Source of the DNA: Thermoanaerobaculia bacterium
Lineage (GTDB): Bacteria; Acidobacteriota; Thermoanaerobaculia; Multivoradales; JAGPDF01
Length of the DNA: 64,000 bases
Assembly (NCBI GenBank): GCA_048500095.1
Contig: JASNYQ010000001.1
Location: 246,136 to 310,135, forward strand
Direction: 5' to 3'
This document shows positions 12,805 to 22,111 of this stretch, piece after piece; the first letter of the stretch is position 1, and each line of letters begins with the position of its first letter. A program made the position numbers and the translations under genes. The notes under the pieces are model-generated. The model was not told the DNA's origin, did no database searches, and saw only the letters and a program-made list of their open reading frames with translations.

Positions 12805-13913
12805 CCCTCGGACGCCAAACCCAGGTCTTCGTAGATCGCCGCGCAGAGGCGGCGGAATCGAAGTCGGTGCGCCTCCTCGCCGGGGGTGCCGTTCACCGCC
12901 AGCGCCACGACGAGCCGGTGCTCTGGGTCGCAGAACGCGGTGGTCGAACGGTAGCCGCTGTGGCCGAAGGTGCGCGGCGAAGCGTGCGGCCCGTAGCCGT
13001 AGGGGGCGCCGGGGTCCCGGTACCACCCGGAGTTCAGGATCACGCCCAGACCCCAGTCGAGCCGGGCGCGGAAGGTGTGGTCGAGGAGGCCCACCCGATG
13101 CCGGGCGATCATCGCCTCGACGGTCTGGGGCGCGAGGATCCGCGCCCCGTCGAGCTCGCCGCCCCGCCGCAGCATCTCGTAGAAGCGCGCGAGCTCCCGC
13201 AGCGGTCCCCAGCCGTTGCCTCCGGGGGAGGGGTTCGTCACCTGCCGCCGCTGGTGCCAGGGGTGGAGCACCGCGGGCGAGGCCTCGGTGTTCCAGACCG
13301 GGACGAGGCGGGCGGCGACGGCGTCGTACTCCTCTTCCGGCATCCCGATCCAGCAGCCGTGCATCCCGAGCGGCGCGAAGAGATCCCGGCGGACGACGTC
13401 GGAGAAGTCGCGTCCCTCGAGGCGACGAACCAGCTCTCCCAGCACGAACCAGCTGGAGGCGAGGTGGTAGCCCGCCTTCCTCCCGGGCGTCCAGCCGGGC
13501 TCGAGCTTCCGGGCCGCGATGCGGGCGAAGATCTCTCCCCGGGAGGCTGCTGGCCAGCCGACGTCGAGCATCCGCAGGCCGCCGGTGTGGGTGAGGAGGT
13601 GGCGCACCGTGACGATCTCTTTCCCACCGGCCGCGAACTCCGGCAGATGCTGGGCCACCGGGTCGTCGAGCCGGAGCAGCCCCCGCTCCCAGAGCCGGAC
13701 GACGAGCACCGCCGTGACCGGCTTCGTCGCCGAGAGCCAGAGCATGGGGTCGTCGCGCCGGAGCGGGCGGCCGGGAGCGGCCTCGCCCAGCGCGAGGTCG
13801 ACGACCGGCAGACCGTCGCGGAGGACCGCGAGCTGCCCCCCGAGGTGCAGCCCGTCGCGCCGTCCCTCCTCGAGCAGCGCGAGGGTGCGCTCCATCGCCG
13901 GCGTCTGCGTCAT
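12798..13913 (-). CDS. Serine hydrolase, beta-lactamase/esterase family (class C-like)
   Basis: SxxK motif (LWLSATKPVTAVLV), HTGGL, later YGYG...GHSGY. ATG at 13913 is 7 nt downstream of GGCTAGACT. Confidence 0.8.
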   Translation of the reverse strand: MTQTPAMERTLALLEEGRRDGLHLGGQLAVLRDGLPVVDLALGEAAPGRPLRRDDPMLWLSATKPVTAVLVVRLWERGLLRLDDPVAQHLPEFAAGGKEIVTVRHLLTHTGGLRMLDVGWPAASRGEIFARIAARKLEPGWTPGRKAGYHLASSWFVLGELVRRLEGRDFSDVVRRDLFAPLGMHGCWIGMPEEEYDAVAARLVPVWNTEASPAVLHPWHQRRQVTNPSPGGNGWGPLRELARFYEMLRRGGELDGARILAPQTVEAMIARHRVGLLDHTFRARLDWGLGVILNSGWYRDPGAPYGYGPHASPRTFGHSGYRSTTAFCDPEHRLVVALAVNGTPGEEAHRLRFRRLCAAIYEDLGLASEGL

Positions 13914-13929
13914 CGGCCGGAGTCTAGCC
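13914..13929 (-). promoter_or_regulatory. GGCTAGACTCCGGCCG element immediately upstream of the ATG (putative leaderless -10)
   Basis: The identical 16-mer recurs at 52745-52760 (+) upstream of another start codon. Confidence 0.45.
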
Positions 13930-13966
13930 CGCTCCCCTCTCGCGGTCGCGCTATTCTCGAACCTGC

Positions 13967-14642
13967 CATGTGCGGCCGCTACACCCTCTCCGCCCCCGGC
14001 GACGTCGTCGCCGAGAGCTTCGGCCTGCCGGAGGTGCCGGTGCTCGCGCCCCGCTTCAACATCGCGCCGTCGCAGCAGGTTCCGGTCGTGCGGGTGGCGC
14101 CCGGCGGGCCGGGGCGCGAGCTCGCCCTGGTGCGTTGGGGACTCGTCCCCTCGTGGGCGCGCGAGGCGGCGATCGGCAACCGGCTGATCAACGCCCGGGC
14201 CGAGACGGTGGCCGAGAAGCCCGCCTTCCGCGACTCCTTCCGGCGCCGCCGCTGCCTGGTGGTCGCCGACGGCTTCTACGAGTGGCGCCCCGAGGGGCGG
14301 CGCAAGCAGCCCTGGCACTTCCGGCGGTCCGACGGCGCGCCGTTCGGGCTCGCCGGGCTCTGGGCTCGCTGGCCCGACCCCGCCGGCGGCGACCTCGAGT
14401 CCTGCGCCATCGTCACCACGGACGCCAACGACGCGGTCCGCCCGGTCCACGCCCGGATGCCGGTGCTCCTGGACCGCGCCGGCGCCGAGCTCTGGCTCGC
14501 CGACGGCGCCGACCCCGGCCGGATCGCCAGCCTCCTCGCTCCCGCTCCCCCCGGAGTCCTCGTCGGGTATCCCGTCTCGCCGGCGGTCAACGACCCGCGG
14601 CACGACACTTCCGACTGCATCCTCCCGCTCGCCGGCCGCTAG
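13967..14642 (+). CDS. yedK: SOS-response-associated peptidase (SRAP / YedK / HMCES family abasic-site sensor)
   Basis: N-terminal MCGRY with catalytic Cys2. ...RFNIAPSQ...LVRWGLVPSWA...CLVVADGFYEW... Divergent from the hydrolase gene, 53 nt apart. Confidence 0.85.
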
Positions 14643-14673
14643 CCGGGCACCTCCGCTCCGGAAACACGAAAAA

Positions 14674-14699
14674 GGGGCGGGCCACCAGGGCCCGCCCCC
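14674..14699. terminator. Bidirectional rho-independent terminator between convergent genes
   Basis: aaaaGGGGCGGGCC-acca-GGGCCCGCCCC. A-run on plus and T-run on minus, so it can serve both the OMP gene (minus) and yedK (plus). Confidence 0.55.
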
Positions 14700-14724
14700 G
14701 TGTCCGCTCGCGCGGTCGCCGGTT

Positions 14725-16401
14725 CTAGAAGCTGTACCGCAGCCCGAAGGTCGCGAGCAGCGGGTTGGGGTCGACCTCGATCGGCTCGAAGGTGCGGAGC
14801 AGGTCCGGCTCGTAGTGGATGTAGCGCAGACCGGCGTGGAACCCCCACGGATGCATGACGCCGAAGGGAATCTCCAGGCCGAGCTGGGCCCCGAGGCCGA
14901 ACTCGTCGGTGGGCCGGCGGCTCGGCGTGCTGCCGGGCACCGTGAACTCCGACTCGTCCATCGTCGTCCAGGCGAGGAACGGCCCGAAGTAGAGGTTCAG
15001 GCGGTCCCGGCGGAAGAAGTGGAAGTTCGGCCCGACCGAGAGCGTGAGCGCCGTGATCGTGTCGTCCGAAGAGGCCAGCTGGTTGTCGAGACCGTAGCGA
15101 TAGCCGGTGTCGATCTTGCCCCAGTTGATGGCGCCCTCGAACCCGAAGAGCTCGTTGATGTGGTACTCCGTCGCGAGACCGAGCCCCCAGCCGTTCTCGA
15201 ACCGGAAGTGCTCGCGCTCCGAGGCGCCGTTGGCGCGGCGCTGCTGCGCGAAGTGCCAGTCGCTCTCCGGATCCCAGTGCGAGAGGAAGCCGCGCACCGT
15301 CCAGAGCGGATGGACGCGGACCTGCACGCTGTCGGTGGCCGCGGCCCCGACCGCGTTCTTCGCCGTGCCCTCGAAGTCGTAGATGCCCATGCGCGGCATG
15401 ACGACCTCGCCCGTCTCCTCGGTGAACCGGGCATCGAGCTTCGGTCCCTTGGCGGTGACCACCAGCGGGTCGACGATCCCGCACTCGCCCTCGCGGTCCC
15501 AGTAGCCCTTCGCCTCGTAGCGGGCGGTGTCGCCCCGCCGGATGTAGTCGGGACCGACGGTGACGTCGATGGCCGGCGCCGGCGGCTCGATGCGAGCCAG
15601 CTGAGCGGTCGCGGTACAGGGGTTCCCCTCGATCGTCTCCATCCGGTGGCTCTCACCGGCGAAGGCGAGGTTGCCGCACGCCTTCGGGATCACGAAGTCG
15701 TAGCGGCGCACCCGCCGCTCGACCCGTGGGGCGGGCGCCGCGACCACGAACTCGTAGTCGGCGCAGTAGCGCTTGACCCACGGGCCCTGCCACTCCGAGG
15801 CGCCGGCCGGCACCACGACCTGCTCGCCGTCCGGTCCCTTCATCGTGACCGTCGCCCCGGCCGAGCTCCCGGCCGAGCTCGCGCGGACCGTCTTCGCCTC
15901 CGGATCCCCGGTCACCTCGAGGGCGCAGACCGCGTCCGGGTTCTCCGGCGCCTCCTTCACCTCGACCGCCACCACGAAGGCGGGGTAGGCGCGCTTGCCG
16001 GCGTAGCAGGCGGGGGTGATCAGCTTCGCGGGCCCTCGCCGGTTGGGCCGGTAGACCATCCAGTTGAGCGCCTCGCCCCGCTCGAGCGTGCGCTCCTCGA
16101 CCTGGCCGGCGGCCACCGCCTCGGCCAGCGCGCCCGCGATCTCGCCGAGGCCGTTCGCCTCCAGGATGCCGCGGATCTCGTCGCCCTGCGCGACGAACAG
16201 CGCCTGCAGCCCGGCCACGTCCTGGACCGGCACCTTGAGCGCGAACGGCCGCTGCCCCAGGTTGTGAATCTGGTTCTTCGGCTTGTACTCGGCACAGACC
16301 GGCGCGTCTGCGGCAAAGCCGGCCACCGCCGTCGCGAGCGCCAGCACGCAGACGCATGCCAGGAACGCTCCGAACCTCCCCTTCCCGCGCACTGAACCCA
16401 T
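14725..16401 (-). CDS. Outer-membrane beta-barrel protein (OmpA-like/porin-like C-terminus ending in Phe)
   Basis: Signal peptide FLACVCVLALATAVAGFAA. C-terminal alternating amphipathic strands ending ...LLATFGLRYSF. RBS GGAGGAGAG upstream. Confidence 0.65.
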   Translation of the reverse strand: MGSVRGKGRFGAFLACVCVLALATAVAGFAADAPVCAEYKPKNQIHNLGQRPFALKVPVQDVAGLQALFVAQGDEIRGILEANGLGEIAGALAEAVAAGQVEERTLERGEALNWMVYRPNRRGPAKLITPACYAGKRAYPAFVVAVEVKEAPENPDAVCALEVTGDPEAKTVRASSAGSSAGATVTMKGPDGEQVVVPAGASEWQGPWVKRYCADYEFVVAAPAPRVERRVRRYDFVIPKACGNLAFAGESHRMETIEGNPCTATAQLARIEPPAPAIDVTVGPDYIRRGDTARYEAKGYWDREGECGIVDPLVVTAKGPKLDARFTEETGEVVMPRMGIYDFEGTAKNAVGAAATDSVQVRVHPLWTVRGFLSHWDPESDWHFAQQRRANGASEREHFRFENGWGLGLATEYHINELFGFEGAINWGKIDTGYRYGLDNQLASSDDTITALTLSVGPNFHFFRRDRLNLYFGPFLAWTTMDESEFTVPGSTPSRRPTDEFGLGAQLGLEIPFGVMHPWGFHAGLRYIHYEPDLLRTFEPIEVDPNPLLATFGLRYSF

Positions 16402-16480
16402 CTCTCCTCCCCTGCAGTCCTCGTCACCGCCGGGCGACTGGGATCCCGGCTTCTGGACCGCGCTGATCCGAGGAGAAATT

Positions 16481-17836
16481 CTACTTCATCCCGAGGGCCG
16501 TCGCGGGGGCCCCGACGCCGGTTCCGGAGTCGCTCGCGCCGGCGGTCAGGGCCCGGGCCGCGCCGACTCCCGCCACGTGGCCGCTCGCCCAGGCCCACTG
16601 GAAATTGAAGCCGCCGAGGCGCCCGTCGACGTCGCAGATCTCCCCGCAGAGATGGAGGCCGGCGGCGCGGCGCGAGGCCATCGTGCGCAGGTCGATCTCC
16701 CCGAGCGGCACGCCGCCGGCCGTGACCTCGGCGGCCGCGAACCCCCGATCCCCCACGATCGGCAGCGTCAGACCACTCAGGCAGCGCACGAGGGCGCGGC
16801 GGTCCTCGCGCCGCAGCCGGTGCCCGGGAGTCCCCGGCTCCACCCCGGCGAGCTGGCAGATCGCCTCGGCCAGGCGGGGCGGCAGGCTCTCGGCGAGCAG
16901 GGACCGGACCGGCCGCGGGCCGAGCGCGGCCAGCGCCCCCTCCCACTCCTCCGCACGGCGGCCCGGCTGGAAGGAGACGGCGAGGTGGGCTCCCGGATCC
17001 TCCCGGCGGACGGCGAGCAGGTGCCGGCTGACGTCGAGCACCGCCGGCCCGGAGATCCCGAAGTGGGTGCAGAGCATCGGCCCGGCGACCTCGGCGAGGC
17101 GCCGGCCGGAGGCCGTCCGGACCGCCAAGGCGACCGGCACCGAGAGGCCGGAGAGCGACCGGAACGGGTGATCCGCGGCGAGGACGAGGGGCACCAGCGC
17201 CGGAAAGGTCGCAGTGACCCGGTGGCCGAGGGCGGCGGCGAGGGGGTAGCCGCTCCCGTCCGAGCCGCTCTTCGGCAGGCTCCGGCCGCCGGTCGCGAGG
17301 ACCACCCGGGCCGCGGCGAGCGCCCCCCACCGCCCGGACACCACGAGGCCCGCGCCGCCGGGAGCCAGCGCCGTCACCCGGCGGGCGCTCCGGAGCTCCA
17401 CCCCTCGCCGCGCGGCCTCGCCGAGCAGGGCGTCGAGGACGGTGCGCGCCCGGCCGCTCGCCGGGAAGAGCTTTCCCCCCTCCTCGCGCCGCACCGCGAC
17501 GCCGAGGCCGGCGAAGAAGGCGAGCGCGGCCTCGACGTCGAACTGCCGGAGCACCTTGTCGACTGCGGGGGGCGAGGCGCCGTGGAAGTCCCGGCCGGAG
17601 ACCGTCTCGTTCGTCAGATTGCAGCGGCCGCCGCCGGAGACGAGGATCTTGGCGCCGGGCCGGGCCGCCCCGTCGAGCGCCACCACCCGGGCGCCCGGCG
17701 CCGTGCGGGCGGCCCAGATCGCCGCCGCGAGGCCGGCCGCCCCGGCCCCCACCACGGCCACGTCGCAGCGCTCCACGGCGCGCTCCGGCCGCTCCGCGGC
17801 GCGCTCAGCCGCCGCGGGCGATGCGGGCGAGGGCAT
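16481..17836 (-). CDS. FAD-dependent oxidoreductase, HI0933/BaiN-like flavoprotein family
   Basis: CDVAVVGAGAAGLAAA dinucleotide fold, ...ILVSGGGRCNLTN... The exact start is uncertain (overlaps the Crp stop by ~30 nt). Confidence 0.75.
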   Translation of the reverse strand: MPSPASPAAAERAAERPERAVERCDVAVVGAGAAGLAAAIWAARTAPGARVVALDGAARPGAKILVSGGGRCNLTNETVSGRDFHGASPPAVDKVLRQFDVEAALAFFAGLGVAVRREEGGKLFPASGRARTVLDALLGEAARRGVELRSARRVTALAPGGAGLVVSGRWGALAAARVVLATGGRSLPKSGSDGSGYPLAAALGHRVTATFPALVPLVLAADHPFRSLSGLSVPVALAVRTASGRRLAEVAGPMLCTHFGISGPAVLDVSRHLLAVRREDPGAHLAVSFQPGRRAEEWEGALAALGPRPVRSLLAESLPPRLAEAICQLAGVEPGTPGHRLRREDRRALVRCLSGLTLPIVGDRGFAAAEVTAGGVPLGEIDLRTMASRRAAGLHLCGEICDVDGRLGGFNFQWAWASGHVAGVGAARALTAGASDSGTGVGAPATALGMK

Positions 17837-18518
17837 CCGCGTCCGCGATGAGGAAGCCGCCGCCCCGCTCGGTGCGCACGATCCCCCGCTTCGCCCAGCG
17901 GCCGAGGATGCGGATCGCGGTCTCCGCCGTCGTGCCGACGAAGTCGGCGAGCTCCTGCCGGGTGAGGCGCAACGGGATGAGGCGGCCGCCGGGCACGCTC
18001 CGGCCGACCTCGTCGGAGAGCTTCCCGAGGAGGCGGGCGAGGCGGGCGTCGACGTGCCCGCCTGCGAGGTCGGCGAGCCGGCTCGTGAGCTGGATCAGGC
18101 GCATCGTCATGCCGGCGAGCAGGCCCCGCGCGATCGACGGATGCTCCTCGAGCAGCGCGAGAAAGGCGTCGCGCGGCAGGACGAGACAGGTCGCCGCTTC
18201 GGTCGCCACCGCGGTGGCGGGGAAGGGATGCCCCTCGTAGGCGGCGATCGCCCCGAGCGGATCGCCCGGGCCGAAGAGCTCGAGGATCACCTCCTTGCCG
18301 GCCGGGGTGATCTTGACCACCTTGACGCGACCGCTCACCACGGTGAAGAAGTGGCGCGAGGGGTCCCCCTCGCGGAAGACCGCCTTCCCCCGCCGGTAGG
18401 AGCGGAGCTCGGCGAGCTGCGCGATCCGCGCCCGGTCCCCCTCCGCGAGGCGGCGGAAGAGGACGCTCGCCGCGAGCCACGCCTCGACCTCCAAACGGCG
18501 GGCATCGGCGTCGGCCAT
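17805..18518 (-). CDS. Crp/Fnr family transcriptional regulator
   Basis: cNMP-binding fold (FREGDPSRHFFTVVSGRVKVV...GKEVILELFGPGDPLG) and C-terminal HTH (RQELADFVGTTAETAIRILGRW). Confidence 0.8.
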   Translation of the reverse strand: MADADARRLEVEAWLAASVLFRRLAEGDRARIAQLAELRSYRRGKAVFREGDPSRHFFTVVSGRVKVVKITPAGKEVILELFGPGDPLGAIAAYEGHPFPATAVATEAATCLVLPRDAFLALLEEHPSIARGLLAGMTMRLIQLTSRLADLAGGHVDARLARLLGKLSDEVGRSVPGGRLIPLRLTRQELADFVGTTAETAIRILGRWAKRGIVRTERGGGFLIADADALARIARGG

Positions 18519-18553
18519 GGCCGCGATGCTAGCGCAGCCGGGGCCCCGCCCCG

Positions 18554-19792
18554 TCAGGCGGCGCGGGCGGCGTCGAACGCCGCGAGACGGCGCTGGAAGC
18601 GCCGGCCGAAGACCTTCGCCATCGCCCGCAGCTTGAGCCGCTGGAAGGGATAGCTGCGGTCGGAGAACGCCCGGCACTCCTCCGGGAGCATGACGAGGCT
18701 CACGTGGATGTTCGGCGCCACGCCCACCGGCAGGCCGGCCTCCATGCAGGTCTCGTACAGGCGGCGGAAGACCGGGATCATCGACTCGGTGGTCGGCGGC
18801 TCGGCCGCCGCCATGTCGGTGCCGACCAGCGGGCGGAAGACGCAGACGGTCGGCACCGCGCCCACCGAGGTGATCCACTCGATCGCGCGGATCGACGACT
18901 CCGGCGGCTCGAGGCCGGCCACGATCTCGCCGTTGGTCACCCAGGGCTCGTCCTTCGGCCCCTTGTGCTTGAGGGTGGCGCAGTAGCGGATCGCCTCGAG
19001 GTAGTGGTCGAGGCCGTACTCGGCGTCCTTGCCGGGGCAGATCTCGCGGAAGATCTCGCGGTCGAAGATCTCGAAGCAGAAGGAGGCGCGGTTGACCCCG
19101 AGCTCGCGCAGCTCGTCGTACCGCTTGAGATCGCGGTGCGGCGGCGTCTGCACGCCGACCAGCAGGCCGGTCTCCTTCTTGATCCGCCGGATGTACGGCA
19201 ACAGGATGTCGAGGTAGGTGTCCCCCTCGTAGTGGCCGGTGTTGAAGTCGACGTAGGTGATCCCGGACTCGTCGCGTGCCGCGCGCACGACCTCCATCAC
19301 CTCGTCGACCGACTTCTCGTCGGCGTCGTCGACGCCGAGGTTGAGGCCGACCGAGCAGAACTTGCAGTTCACCTTCTGCGGCTTGGCGGTCCAGTACTCG
19401 CACACCTTCGCCGGATAGACGCCGAGGTAGGTCCCCTGCAGCGTGCCGATCCGCGTCATCGGCTTGCCGGTCGTGGTCGGGCGGTCGTACCAGCCGGGCC
19501 GCGGCGAGAGCTCCACCTTCGTCACCTCGGAGCCGTCGTGGTAGAGGTGATACTCGCCGCCGCTCTTGTGGAGCGTGTAGGGGGACCGGGCGGCGAACGG
19601 CTCGCTCACCGGGGCGTTGGTCCACAGCCCGCCGGGGAGGATGAGCTCCAGGCCGCTCCCGAGCCCGGCCCGGGTGCGCAGGATCTTGCGGCCCCCGTCC
19701 TCCTCGATGAAGCAGGAGTCGTCGAGCCGCAGCCCCTTGCAGTAGAGGTCGAGCTTCACCAGGGCGGGGGTGGTGCGCAGCGCTTCGAGCAT
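18554..19792 (-). CDS. Radical-SAM-like Fe-S enzyme with a non-canonical Cx12Cx2C cluster motif
   Basis: VYPAKVCEYWTAKPQKVNCKFCSVGLN core. Overall layout (TIM-barrel-like blocks LGVNRASFCFEI, NGEIVAGLEPPESS) resembles radical SAM proteins. ATG at 19792 preceded by GAGGAGGAGAG. Confidence 0.55.
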   Translation of the reverse strand: MLEALRTTPALVKLDLYCKGLRLDDSCFIEEDGGRKILRTRAGLGSGLELILPGGLWTNAPVSEPFAARSPYTLHKSGGEYHLYHDGSEVTKVELSPRPGWYDRPTTTGKPMTRIGTLQGTYLGVYPAKVCEYWTAKPQKVNCKFCSVGLNLGVDDADEKSVDEVMEVVRAARDESGITYVDFNTGHYEGDTYLDILLPYIRRIKKETGLLVGVQTPPHRDLKRYDELRELGVNRASFCFEIFDREIFREICPGKDAEYGLDHYLEAIRYCATLKHKGPKDEPWVTNGEIVAGLEPPESSIRAIEWITSVGAVPTVCVFRPLVGTDMAAAEPPTTESMIPVFRRLYETCMEAGLPVGVAPNIHVSLVMLPEECRAFSDRSYPFQRLKLRAMAKVFGRRFQRRLAAFDAARAA

Positions 19793-19812
19793 CTCTCCTC
19801 CTCGCAGCCAGT

Positions 19813-20277
19813 CTACCGTCCGGGCCGCGCCCGGGCGGCGGCGACCGCGGTCCGCGCCAGCGGCACCCGGCCGCGGGCCGCCTCGAAGGCGGCGATGTCG
19901 GCGAGGCTCGTCGCCTTGAGAAACGCCCACAGGGCCTCGCGCTGGACCTTCCAGACCTCGTGCGCCGGGCAGGCACCTTCGTCGCTGCAGCCGTCGAGCG
20001 CGAGCAGGCAGCGCGGCTGGGTCACGGGGTCGTCGAGGGCGGCGCAGAGATCCCAGACGGTGATCTCCGCCGCCGGCCGCGCGAGGTGCACCCCCCCGCC
20101 GATGCCGCGCTGGGTCGCCACCAGCCCGCGGCGGCCGAGGGAGTTGACGATCTTCGCCAGGTACGGCGGCGGCAGGGCGAGCGCTTCGGCGATCTCCCGC
20201 ACCAGGACCGGGCGCGAGCCGTTGGTGGCGAGAAAGGAGAGGGCGGAGACGGCGTAGCCGGTCGTCTGACTGAGCAT
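19813..20277 (-). CDS. Rrf2 family transcriptional regulator (three-Cys Fe-S/redox-sensing type)
   Basis: MLSQTTGYAVSALSFLA...VREIAEALALPPPYLAKIVNSL and CLLALDGCSDEGACP (C-x6-C-x5-C). Confidence 0.8.
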   Translation of the reverse strand: MLSQTTGYAVSALSFLATNGSRPVLVREIAEALALPPPYLAKIVNSLGRRGLVATQRGIGGGVHLARPAAEITVWDLCAALDDPVTQPRCLLALDGCSDEGACPAHEVWKVQREALWAFLKATSLADIAAFEAARGRVPLARTAVAAARARPGR

Positions 20278-20336
20278 CCCGGGGGATCGTAGGAGTTCAG
20301 GACCCGATTGTCGAGATTGACAGGGGGGAGACCCGC

Positions 20337-20753
20337 TCAGGAGGAGCGGTTGATGCGCCGGAGGTGCGAGACGAGCGCCGCGATCTCCGGATCGCCCACG
20401 TCGGGCAGGCCGGCAAGCCCCGGCATCTGGCGGCCGGTGCGGTTGCCCTCCTCGCCGGGAGCGCGGCCGCGCCGCAGGAAGCCCTGGAGCTCCGGGTCGC
20501 TCCGCTCGGCGACGAAGCGGCTCGCGGTGAGATCGACGCCGAGCGGCGCCAGGCCCCGGCCGTCGACCGAGTGGCAGGAGATGCAGTGGGCGCGGAAGAC
20601 CTGCTGGCCGTGGGACTGGTCCGCGGTGAGGGCCGGCGGCACGGCCGGCGGCGGCGCCGCCGGACGCGCGGCGCTCCCCTCCCCTGCCCCGTCGCCGCAG
20701 GCCGCGAGGAGGGCCGTCGTCCCGAGCCAGGCGAGCGACCGGTGCCACCGCAT
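20337..20753 (-). CDS. Lipoprotein c-type cytochrome (single CxxCH)
   Basis: Lipobox LLAACGDG, heme motif CISCHS. ATG at 20753 is 7 nt after GGCTAGACT. Confidence 0.6.
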   Translation of the reverse strand: MRWHRSLAWLGTTALLAACGDGAGEGSAARPAAPPPAVPPALTADQSHGQQVFRAHCISCHSVDGRGLAPLGVDLTASRFVAERSDPELQGFLRRGRAPGEEGNRTGRQMPGLAGLPDVGDPEIAALVSHLRRINRSS

Positions 20754-20769
20754 CGGGAGTAGTCTAGCC
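20754..20769 (-). promoter_or_regulatory. GGCTAGACTA element 7 nt upstream of the cytochrome c ATG
   Basis: Minus strand GGGAGCGGCTAGACTACTCCCG-ATG. The plus strand of the same site reads TAGTCTAGCC, facing the divergent CPA2 gene. Confidence 0.4.
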
Positions 20770-20817
20770 GCTCCCGCCCGCGGGCTTGCTCCCGCGCGGA
20801 GCTCCGCCGGAGGCGCG

Positions 20818-22104
20818 ATGGACAACCACGAGCTCACGATCGCCTTCTTCCTGGCGCTCGCGGCGATTCTCCTCGCCTGCCGGCTGGTGGGCTACCTCGC
20901 GCGCTTCCTCGGCCAGCCGCAGGTGGTCGGCGAGATGATCGCCGGGGTGCTGCTCGGCCCCTCCCTCTTCGGCTGGATCGCCCCCGGGCTGCAGGGCCGG
21001 CTCTTCCCCGGCGCCGTGATGCCCGTCCTCTACGCGGTGGCGCAGGTGGGCCTCGTGCTCTACATGTTCCTGGTCGGCCTCGACTTCGACCTCGGGCTGC
21101 TGCGGCGGCGGGCGCGGAGCGCGGTGGCCGTCTCCTGGGCCGGGATCCTCGCGCCGTTCGGGCTGGGGGCGGCGATCGCCTGGGCGTTCCACGGCGAGCA
21201 GCTGCTCTTCGCGGAGGGTGTCTCGACCGGCCAGGCGGCCCTCTTCATGGGGGCGGCAATGTCGATCACCGCCTTCCCGATGCTGGCGCGGATCATCTAC
21301 GAGCGCGGCCTCTCGGGGACCTCGATGGGGACGCTCGCGCTCGCCGCCGGGTCGGCCGACGATGCCGCCGCCTGGTGCATCCTGGCGGTCGTTCTCGCGA
21401 GCTTCAGCGGCGATCCGGCGATCGCCGTCTGGGCGATCGGCGGCGGCCTCGCCTTCGCGCTCGTGGCCTTCCTCGTGCTGCGGCCCGTGCTCGCCCGGGC
21501 GGGCGGCTGGATCACCCGGCGCGGCGCCTACGACAGCGTGGCGCTGCCCGGCGCCCTCACCCTGCTCATGTTCGCCGCCTGGTACACCGACCGGGTGGGG
21601 ATCTACGCGGTCTTCGGCGCCTTCGTGCTCGGCGCCGCAATGCCGGGCGGCGAGATCGCGCGTCAGATCGAGCGCCGGGTCCAGCCGCTCACCGTGAACC
21701 TCCTGCTGCCGCTCTTCTTCATCTACTCGGGCCTGAACACGCGCATCGGCCTCGTCGACTCCTCCTTCCTCTGGGGGATCGCGGGGCTGGTCCTGCTCGC
21801 CGCCTGTCTCGGGAAGGGCGCCGCCTGCTACGCGGCGGCGCGGCTCTCCGGCGAGCCGCCGCGCGAGGCCCTCGGGATCGGCGCGCTCATGAACGCCCGC
21901 GGCCTCATGGAGCTGATCATCCTGAACATCGGCCTGGAGCGCGGGGTGATCACGCCCACCCTCTTCTCGATCATGGTGCTGATGGCGATCGCCACCACCC
22001 TCATGGCGCTGCCCGTCTTCAACCTCGCCTTCGGCGGGAGGGTGGTGGGCGAGGCGGCGCTCGCGCCGCCGTCCCGCGCCCCCGGCCCGCTGCGCGACGA
22101 CTGA
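20818..22104 (+). CDS. Cation:proton antiporter, CPA2 family (Kef/NapA-like)
   Basis: ~12 TM. LARFLGQPQVVGEMIAGVLLGPS..., ...MFLVGLDFD... typical of Na+/H+-K+/H+ exchanger cores. Confidence 0.85.
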   Translation: MDNHELTIAFFLALAAILLACRLVGYLARFLGQPQVVGEMIAGVLLGPSLFGWIAPGLQGRLFPGAVMPVLYAVAQVGLVLYMFLVGLDFDLGLLRRRARSAVAVSWAGILAPFGLGAAIAWAFHGEQLLFAEGVSTGQAALFMGAAMSITAFPMLARIIYERGLSGTSMGTLALAAGSADDAAAWCILAVVLASFSGDPAIAVWAIGGGLAFALVAFLVLRPVLARAGGWITRRGAYDSVALPGALTLLMFAAWYTDRVGIYAVFGAFVLGAAMPGGEIARQIERRVQPLTVNLLLPLFFIYSGLNTRIGLVDSSFLWGIAGLVLLAACLGKGAACYAAARLSGEPPREALGIGALMNARGLMELIILNIGLERGVITPTLFSIMVLMAIATTLMALPVFNLAFGGRVVGEAALAPPSRAPGPLRDD

Positions 22105-22111
22105 GAGCCGG

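Noticed and set aside
18554-19792. Assigning the radical-SAM-like gene to the Nit1C (nitrile/cyanide) cluster or to a named rSAM subfamily
   Set aside because: No nitrilase, GNAT or AIR-synthase-like genes are nearby, and the family cannot be verified from memory. Left as a generic non-canonical radical-SAM-like protein.
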